DNA from: Thermomicrobium sp.
GTDB taxonomy: Bacteria > Chloroflexota > Chloroflexia > Thermomicrobiales > Thermomicrobiaceae
Direction of reading: 5' to 3'
Assembly (NCBI GenBank): GCA_033582455.1
Contig: JAVQRO010000007.1
Coordinates: 12,628-76,627 of the forward strand
Length of the DNA: 64,000 nucleotides
Shown here: one piece after another, positions 57,043 through 64,000 of the stretch
Numbering within the stretch: position 1 is the first letter of the stretch
How the letters are laid out: the number at the start of each line of letters is the position of its first letter
Program-made: the position numbers and the translations under genes
The notes under the pieces: model-generated
Seen by the model: only the letters and a program-made list of their open reading frames with translations
Databases searched by the model: none
What the model was told of the DNA's origin: nothing

Positions 57043-58647
57043 TTACCCGTGGAGCGCGACGATGCAACCCTCGTTCGGTCGCAACGCCAACCGGTCCTCC
57101 ACTGGTTCGTTCGCGCGATCGAGGTGCGTCGAGAGAAGAACCTGACCACGCACCGGCATGCGGTCCGTGGTGAAGAGCCGTTCGCGCCCACCGAAGTTGA
57201 GGACCACGAGCAGACGGCGACCGGCTGCCTCCCGGACGTAGGCGAGCACTTCCTCGCTTCCCGGAACGGGCCGATAGCGACCGATGGCGAGCGCCGGCTC
57301 GGCGCGGCGGAGAACCAGCAGAGCGCGATACAAGGCCAACATCGAACGGGGATCGTCTCGTTGCACCGCGACGTTGCGGAGGGGGTAATCCGGATTCAGT
57401 GGCAGCCACGGGTCTCCGGTGGTGAACCCAGCCCCTGGACTCGGATCCCAGGGCATCGGCGTGCGACACGCGTCACGGCCTGCACCGGGACCGAGCGTCC
57501 ACTCGAGCGGATCGCGTCGCCGTTCCGGCGGAATCGGGACATCGGGAAGCCCGAGTTCGTCGCCGTAGTAGATCGTCGGTGTCCCACGCAGCGTCAAGAG
57601 GAGCATCGCTGCGACTCGCGCTTGCGCTTCTCCGACCCGCGTCGCGACCCGGGGTCGGTCGTGGTTGCTGAGCACCCAGTTCGGCCAGTCGTCTGGTCCC
57701 AGCAGCGCCTCGTACGTGTCGATCGCTGCTGCGATCCGTCGCGCCTCCCAGGGGAGCAGGAGCAGTTCGAAATTGAACGGGAGGTGCAGTTCCCTGCGGT
57801 GCGGACAGCCATAGTACGTCACGAGGCGGCCGATCGGAAGATAGATCTCACCGATCAGAACGCGCTCACCGAACGCATCCGCGACGTGGCGCATGCGGGA
57901 GAGCAGCTCGTGGATCTCCGGTCGATCGCTCGTATAGACGGGGAGCAGCTCGCGATAGGGTGGCTGGTCCGGTGTATAGTCGGGATTCACCGGATTGTCA
58001 CGAAGTTCCTCGTCTTTGATGAGGAACCAGATCGCGTCCAGCCGGAAGCCGTCCACCCCTCGGGCGAACCAGTACCGCAGGACGTCGAGCATCGCGGCCT
58101 GGACTTCCGGATTCCGCCAGTTGAGATCCGGCTGCTCTTTCAAGAACGTGTGGAGATAGTATTGCCCCGTGGCAGCGTCGAATTCCCACGCCGACCCCCC
58201 GAAGACGCTGCGCCAGTTGTTCGGCGGGCCTCCTCCGGGACCAGGATCGGCCCAGACATACCAGTTCCGGCGCGGGTCGTCGCGGCTCCGGCGTGCTTCG
58301 ACGAACCAAGGATGCTGGTCGGACGTGTGGTTCGGGACGAAGTCGAGAATCACCTTGAGCCCGCGAGCGTGGGCGTCCGCGATCAGGCGGTCGAGATCCT
58401 CGAGGGTCCCGAACGTCGGATCGACGTCGAGGTAGTCGCTGATGTCGTAGCCGAAGTCTGCCATCGGGGAACGGAAGACCGGCGAGAGCCACAGCGCATC
58501 GACACCGAGCCACGTGAGATACTCCAGCTTTCGCCGGATCCCCTCCAAGTCCCCGATCCCGTCGCCATCGCTGTCAGCGAACGACCGCGGATAGATGTGG
58601 TAGATCACGGCACGCTGCCACCACTGCCAGCGGCGTTCCTCTTCCAC
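57043..58647 (-). CDS. GH13 alpha-glucosidase / oligo-1,6-glucosidase
   Basis: YHIYPRSF, DFVPNHTSDQH, GFRLDA, IGEI, SNHD, YYGDE. Confidence 0.93.
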   Translation of the reverse strand: MEEERRWQWWQRAVIYHIYPRSFADSDGDGIGDLEGIRRKLEYLTWLGVDALWLSPVFRSPMADFGYDISDYLDVDPTFGTLEDLDRLIADAHARGLKVILDFVPNHTSDQHPWFVEARRSRDDPRRNWYVWADPGPGGGPPNNWRSVFGGSAWEFDAATGQYYLHTFLKEQPDLNWRNPEVQAAMLDVLRYWFARGVDGFRLDAIWFLIKDEELRDNPVNPDYTPDQPPYRELLPVYTSDRPEIHELLSRMRHVADAFGERVLIGEIYLPIGRLVTYYGCPHRRELHLPFNFELLLLPWEARRIAAAIDTYEALLGPDDWPNWVLSNHDRPRVATRVGEAQARVAAMLLLTLRGTPTIYYGDELGLPDVPIPPERRRDPLEWTLGPGAGRDACRTPMPWDPSPGAGFTTGDPWLPLNPDYPLRNVAVQRDDPRSMLALYRALLVLRRAEPALAIGRYRPVPGSEEVLAYVREAAGRRLLVVLNFGGRERLFTTDRMPVRGQVLLSTHLDRANEPVEDRLALRPNEGCIVALHG

Positions 58648-58724
58648 CGGACTCCCCTCTCCGAACGACCGGGCGCCGCTCGAGACGGAACCCGGCGGCG
58701 CCCTGATTCACCATGGCGTCCAGT

Positions 58725-58982
58725 TCAACGACGGACCACCTGTCTGGCACCGACGAAACGTCTGAGGAGGAGGCTGGTTCCCACCGCGACCAGGAAGACC
58801 AACGGGATATCGATCAGGAGGAACCCCCACGTCAAGGCTAGCTCACCGGTGAGGAAGCTCGCCAGCGCCCCGAACACGACACTGAGGATCACCAGCACTG
58901 CCGTCCGCAACCGTGGAGAAGCGATCCGCCAGCAGAGCAGCCCGACCACGACGCCGGCACTGATCGGTAACAACTCACCCAT
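58725..58982 (-). CDS. Small three-TM membrane hypothetical protein
   Basis: 85 aa of almost entirely hydrophobic helices; AAAGGGG RBS. Confidence 0.65.
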   Translation of the reverse strand: MGELLPISAGVVVGLLCWRIASPRLRTAVLVILSVVFGALASFLTGELALTWGFLLIDIPLVFLVAVGTSLLLRRFVGARQVVRR

Positions 58983-59099
58983 CGCCGGACCCCTTTCCTG
59001 TGTTCCGCTGCCCAGCCTGCCCGAGACCCACTCGTCTGTCAAGCACCCCCTGCAGACGGCACACTCGGGAGACGCGTTTGGGCCATCGACCGGTCATCT

Positions 59100-60406
59100 G
59101 ACCGTCGATCGCCAATGCCCCCTCACCGCCGGATCGAACGGCACCATCCGACTCGACGGGGACCGACCCACACCGCGGTGAGCGGAGCCTGCGCGCCATG
59201 CGGATGCCTCAGGATCGCCCGAGCAGCGCCGGGACCACACACTGCGCTCGTCCGGCCAAGGCACGAAGCGATGTGTCGGCATGCCGCTGCAGCGATGGGT
59301 CGTCATCGGGGCCCAGTCGACCGTCTGCACGACGCGCCAGCCTCCGGCCGTGCGGGTCACGCCCAACGCTGCCTCTGGAGGTCTGAGATCCGCCCGGACG
59401 ATGACGAGCGGATCCGACCATCCGAAGCACGCAGCCAGCTCGGCAGTGCCGATAGACCACCGCAGCGATATCGCGGCGAAACAGAGCGATACCGCTCGCG
59501 TCGGCCTCACGCGTCAAGTACGCCGGACCGGCATTCGATACGCCGGTCGTGTGGGAGACGAGCACCCGGTCTGGCTGCCCCTCGCACGCGGGAGACCAGA
59601 AAGGCCCGTGCACGTCCGCACACCGACGCGGCATGAAGGCGACGACAGCCAGAAACCCTTCGGTTTCTCCACGCTCCGATGCGGTGTCGATCGCTGCGAC
59701 GAATCGGCAGAACGATTCATCGTCCACCGGACACGGTGGCACCGGAACGGAGACACGCTGAAGGAGCAGCGCGCCGAGTCGACCGAGCAGGACATCGAAC
59801 CGCTTCGGCCAAATGCCAGGTTGTCATTCCAGCCGGTGCCGCTCGAAGTGCTGCACCACAGGGGGGTAACCGGTGTCCGCATCGACTCGGATGAACTCCT
59901 CCGAGATCGGGTCGCCAGAGACGGCCACCCCCGAAGGACTCCCAGGAAGCGCGAAATCCTCCACCTCCACAGACGTTGTGTCCCGTCTCAGGGAAGCAGC
60001 GACAGCTCGAGATCGGTCGAGCTGGCTGGAAGGGAGCGTCAGAGCGCTCGGCTGTCAGCTCGCGCCCGAGTAAGCCGAGCAGTACGTCCAAGCGTTGAGG
60101 GAATTTCCCCGGATGCCACTCGAACCAAACTCTCTCGAACCACTGGGGCACGAGACCAGGTGTCGGATCGACGCACTCATCGGTCAACGGATAGCCGAAG
60201 ATGGCAAGTCCGCCGCAGGTTTCCCAATACGTCGGGAACCGACCACATGCGTGAAAGCCCGTCTCGGGGAAATACCGACAGGGGATCTGTGCGGCGAGCG
60301 CCGAGACGGGACCGGCTGCCGGCTGGTACTGCCAGCTTCCCTCGCTCGAGCGTTGCCGTTCGACCCCTCGCTCGGTCGCTGTCGTGGTCGGTGATAGGAG
60401 TGACAT
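59100..60406 (-). pseudogene. Degraded gene for a YFPETGH-repeat surface protein
   Basis: Recognisable repeats (YFPETG...GYPLTDE...QWFER; CFPETGHNV) are interrupted by a frameshift near 59930, after which GDPISEEF...VQHFERHRLE reads in another frame and ends at TGA 59826-59824. Left boundary is approximate. Confidence 0.7.
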
Positions 60407-60669
60407 CGTACGGAATCAGGACATTGACCAGCGAAATCAGGACCGATGCGATCATGACCACGGGACGCCTCAAGCGCATCGTTCATCCCCGTTGCTCTCG
60501 CGCGCTGTCTCCCCTCCCTTGTACCATCCCGCGCAGAGAACGCTGTTCTTCCCGCGCCGGGAGAGCACACCGCTCGGAATCGGTCGCGCGGTTGACCGCA
60601 GTCATCGGGCGGTGCAAGATGGCCAGACGGAGGAGGAGCGTCGGAGAACTCGCTCGAGGAGGCACCCTC

Positions 60670-61893
60670 ATGCGCATCGATCTCCAGCGCTTGCTGGCAC
60701 GTCTCGACCGTCTGGCACGGATCGGCGGTACGCCGAGCGGAGGAGTCACGCGCCTCGCCCTCACGGACGAAGACCGAGCAGCTCGCGACCTCCTCCGAAC
60801 GTGGATGGAAGAGGCCGGCCTCGTGGTCCGCATCGACGATTTCGGCAACATGGTTGGACGGCGTGAGGGAACCGACCCGGAGGCACTCCCGGTTCAGCTC
60901 GGGTCACACTGCGACTCCGTACCGTCAGGCGGCGCGTTCGACGGCACGCTCGGTGTGCTGGGCGCACTGGAGGTGGTCCAGACCGTGCACGACGCTGGCA
61001 TCCTGACCCGGCGGCCGTTGGAAGTGATCAACTGGACGAACGAGGAAGGCGCGCGGTTCCAACCCCCGATGCTCGGCAGCGGTGCCGTCTCGGGCCGCTT
61101 CGACAAATCATATGTCTACGCCCGCACCGACGCAGAGGGCCGCTCCTTCGCAGCGGAACTCGAACGGATCGGCTACCTGGGCAGGGAAGGGAATCGGCCA
61201 GGACCAGGAGTGGCCTATCTCGAACTCCACATCGAACAGGGGCCGGTGCTCGAAGCGGAGGGCGTACCCGTCGGCGTCGTCGAGGGAATCGTCGGAATCA
61301 CCTGGTGCGAGGTGGCAGTCCTGGGGAAAGCCAGCCACGCTGGGACGACTCCCTTGCCCATGCGGCACGACGCCCTGTTGGCCGCCTCCCAGCTCGTCGA
61401 GCGCGTGCAGCGCCTCGCCCGCGAGGCCGGTCCACCGGCACTCGGAACAGTCGGCCGTTTGCAGGTCGAGCCCAACGCCGTCAACGTCGTTCCGGGGCGT
61501 GTCACCTTCAGCGTCGACTTCCGCCATCCCACGAGCGCGGGACTGGACTGGCTCGTCGCCCAGTTCGAGGCAGCGGCGATACAGGTCGCGGCCGAGACCG
61601 GGACCGTGGTGCACGTCGATCGGTACTGGACCAGCGAGCCGACCCCGTTCGACCCGCAGGTCGTCTCGACCGTCGAACGGGTCGTGCAGCGCCTCGGGCT
61701 GCCGTATCGGCGCCTCTGGTCAGGCGCTGGACACGACGCCAAGTATCGGCAAGACATCTGCCCTACCGGCATGGTCTTCGTGCGGAGCCGAGACGGGCTC
61801 AGTCATTGCCCGCAGGAGTACAGCGCCCCGGAGGACATCGAAGCAGGGGTGACCGTCCTGCTCCACACCACGCTCGAACTCGCGAACCGCTAG
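60670..61893 (+). CDS. M20 family Zn-dependent amidohydrolase (N-carbamoyl-L-amino acid/allantoate amidohydrolase-like)
   Basis: GVTRLAL, GSHCDSVP.GG.FDG.LGV, NEEGARF, ELHIEQGP, HAGTTP, SGAGHDA. Confidence 0.93.
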   Translation: MRIDLQRLLARLDRLARIGGTPSGGVTRLALTDEDRAARDLLRTWMEEAGLVVRIDDFGNMVGRREGTDPEALPVQLGSHCDSVPSGGAFDGTLGVLGALEVVQTVHDAGILTRRPLEVINWTNEEGARFQPPMLGSGAVSGRFDKSYVYARTDAEGRSFAAELERIGYLGREGNRPGPGVAYLELHIEQGPVLEAEGVPVGVVEGIVGITWCEVAVLGKASHAGTTPLPMRHDALLAASQLVERVQRLAREAGPPALGTVGRLQVEPNAVNVVPGRVTFSVDFRHPTSAGLDWLVAQFEAAAIQVAAETGTVVHVDRYWTSEPTPFDPQVVSTVERVVQRLGLPYRRLWSGAGHDAKYRQDICPTGMVFVRSRDGLSHCPQEYSAPEDIEAGVTVLLHTTLELANR

Positions 61894-62416
61894 GGATCGC
61901 TCGCCGCGGCCAGCGTTTCGGCATGCCGCTCTCCGACTGCAGGCGGAACGCCACGCTGGAGGCGGTACGCAGGAGTTCGACCGTGCGGAGACTGGTCCTG
62001 CTGTGGGGCATCGGATCAGTCCCCTCGAGACGCTCCTGCAGACCGGCGCGGGCACCCGCACGTGCTCCACCGACCGCCCGGTCGTGGATCGCGGGCACGT
62101 TCGACCTGCATCGACCGCCGCGACGCGGAAGGCCGTCGCGCGAGGGCCAGACGAACCCGGTGCCGGAGCGATGCGTCCCGGCTCGTGCGGGCGGAGCGGC
62201 TCGCCCCTGACCACCGGGACGACCGGCGAGCCGAGTGGACAGTGGTCTCCCAGCGCCCGTTTCCGCGGTACCATCGAGGCTGGATCGCGCTGTCTCACCG
62301 CTCGAGCGGGCTGACCAGCACGCGCGACGATCCGATGCAGGAGACACGGCGCTCACCCCAGGACGGACTCGCGGCGGCGGAGACTCCTCGCGCAGCGAAC
62401 GGAGCGAGCCTGCTCC

Positions 62417-63615
62417 TCAGCGGGTGACCGTGAGCCCGAGGAGTTCGCCCATCTCGCGCAGGTGTGCGCGCGCTCGCTCCACTTCGCGCCCCTCGTCAGC
62501 TGCCCGAACGAGCCGCTGGGCCGCTTCGGCCAGCAGATCGATCGCTCGGGGGGTATCGAGATCGTTCGCGAGCGCGGCGACCAACGCGTCCCGCACAGGG
62601 CCGAGTTCGAGCGGCGTCGATCGGCCGCCGACGACGTTCACCGCCTCGCGTAGCTGCCGGACGAGCGGTTCGTAGCGGGATGGCCCGTCGTCTCGGTATT
62701 CGTAGGGAGTCCGGTAATGATGACTGAGGAGATAGAGCCGGATGGCGTCGCCGGTGTGACGACGGAGCGTGTCGCGCACGAGGACGAGGTTGCCCAGGAG
62801 TTGGACATCTTCGCCCCCTAGTACTCCACCATCGCCACGTGGACCCAGAAACGCGCGAAGGGACGGATGCCGGTATAGCTCTCCGATTGGGCGATTTCGC
62901 TTTCGTGGTGCGGGTAGATCAGATCCAAGCCACCCCCGTGGACGTCGATCTGCGGACCGAGGTACTTCATGGCCATCGCACTGCACTCGATGTGCCATCC
63001 TGGCCGCCCCGGTCCCCACGGACTCTCCCAGGTCGGCTCACCCGGTCGAGCCGCCTGCCACAGAACGAAGTCGAGCGGGTCTTCCTTCCGCGGATCGTAC
63101 GGATCGGCGCCCCGCTCGGCCGAGAGACGGATCATTTCCTCGCGCGGACAGCGACAGAGGTGCCCGTAGTCGGGATCGGCCGCGACGCGGAAATAGACGT
63201 TCCCGTCGCGCACGTAGGCAGCGCCCCGCTCCAGCAGTCGCTGGATGATCTCGATCATGAGCGGGATCTCTTCCGTCGCCCGCGGGAAGACGGAAGGAAA
63301 CAGCACATTGAGCGCATTCAGGTCTTCCTGGAACTGGCGGATATAGCGATCCCCCAGACGATCCCACGGTTCACCCACTTGGCGGGCCTTGCGCAGGATG
63401 TCGTCGTCGATGTCGGTGATGTTCTGCACGTACTTGACACGCCATCCGTGGTACTGGCAGACCCGGTTGAAGACATCGAAGACGAGGTAAGTCATCGCAT
63501 GACCCATGTGGGTCGTGTCGTAGGGGGTGACGCCGCAGACGTAGAGCCGAACGGTTCGCCCGTCGGCTGGGGCAAAGGTCTCGACTCGTCCGGACAGTGC
63601 ATTGAACAGGTGCAC
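62417..63615 (-). pseudogene. MshC-like / truncated-CysRS-like cysteine ligase, disrupted by TAG (62820-62818) and a 1-nt frameshift in the KMSKS loop
   Basis: YVCGVTPYDTTHMGH, QNITDIDD, WESPWGPGRPGWHIECSAM, HHESEIAQ, then Y*GAKMSN; LGNLVLV...RLYLLSHHYR...NDLDTP continues in another frame. Span is 1199 nt (3n-1). About 399 aa, with no anticodon-binding domain. Confidence 0.8.
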
Positions 63616-63714
63616 GGTCGCAGTCGCTCCCTCCAGCACTCGCGCTGCTCGCTTGCGGTATCGTACCATCGGTCTAGGCGTTGGACTCGTCGTCGATCGA
63701 AGGAAGGAGTGACG

Positions 63715-64000
63715 ATGGCTGGACAAGTCGGTGAACGGGCTCCGGACTTCCGTCTGCCGAGTACGCTCGGCCAACCACTCGCGCTGAGCGAGATTCTCAG
63801 CGAGCGGATCGCGGTACTGGCCTTCTTCCACTTCGCCTTCACTGGTGGTTGAGGGAACGAGCTGTCCCAGTTGTGGGGCAGAATCGACGAGATCCGCAGT
63901 CTCGGCGCGGAAGTCTACGCGATCAGTTGCGACAGTCACTTCGCCCAGGGCGCCTGGGCACGGGAACTCGGTGTCGACTTCCCCTTCCTCAGCGACTGGA
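63715..64000 (+). CDS. Selenocysteine-containing peroxiredoxin (AhpC/TSA, AhpE/BCP-like); 3' truncated by window edge
   Basis: ATG at 63715 after AAGGAAGGAG. Reads VGERAPDFRLPSTLGQ...FFHFAFTGG-TGA(63850-63852)-GNELSQL...EVYAISCDSHFAQGAWARELGVDFPFLSDW, with uninterrupted Prx homology across the UGA at the peroxidatic Cys position. Confidence 0.88.
63862..63881 (+). promoter_or_regulatory. Bacterial SECIS-like hairpin
   Basis: CUGUCCCA / GUUG / UGGGGCAG: 8-bp stem (one G-U) with a G-initiated apical loop 17 nt after the UGA. Confidence 0.7.

Noticed and set aside
59824-59826. TGA as a second selenocysteine
   Set aside because: It falls at an aromatic position (W/Y of the RxEYHP-type repeat), not a Cys, within a frameshifted pseudogene.
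62818-62820. TAG as pyrrolysine
   Set aside because: A frameshift follows within about 20 nt, there are no pyl genes in the window, and the position is not a known Pyl site.
62417-63615. Calling this gene cysS
   Set aside because: The HIGH-region sequence (CGVTPYDTTHMGH) and the short length without an anticodon-binding domain fit MshC-like proteins better, so no symbol was assigned.
1-64000. tRNA/rRNA genes, IS elements, integrases, prophage or defence genes
   Set aside because: No T-loop/CCA tRNA signatures, rRNA-like tracts, transposase/integrase motifs or terminal inverted repeats were noticed on manual reading.

Overview
High-GC (roughly two-thirds G+C by eye) bacterial chromosomal segment. 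It is most likely a thermophilic Chloroflexota such as Thermomicrobium; this is inferred from the YFPETGH-type surface repeats, the T-box regulation and the gene content. The window is mostly metabolic and housekeeping: a PEP-utilising/biotin-carrier/carboxyltransferase/HAD/CoA-ligase operon at the left edge, leuACDB, aroQ-pepQ-efp-accB-xseAB, secreted proteases, a GAF-PAS-GGDEF-EAL protein, an ssuABC-like transporter, mutM, a thrC-like gene, terC with a yybP-ykoY riboswitch, a KimA-like permease and an ArsR/flavoprotein pair. I saw no transposase, integrase, tRNA, rRNA or CRISPR array. Four observations stand out, and the ORF track shows none of them properly. (1) The leu leader stacks a Leu T-box on a second element: a Leu-rich 28-codon uORF whose Leu codons overlap an anti-Shine-Dalgarno for leuA. 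(2) A peroxiredoxin at the right edge has an in-frame UGA at the catalytic Cys position followed by a bacterial SECIS-like hairpin, and it sits head-to-head with an MshC-like ligase that is broken exactly at its KMSKS loop. (3) An operon looks like a phosphorylate-carboxylate-dephosphorylate-CoA-ligate pathway for an unknown substrate. (4) A secreted trypsin-like protease carries three exact-period 56-aa repeats (LVEAFRWHLYGxxWDG) that I do not recognise. All assignments come from motif reading only; no searches or folding programs were run.
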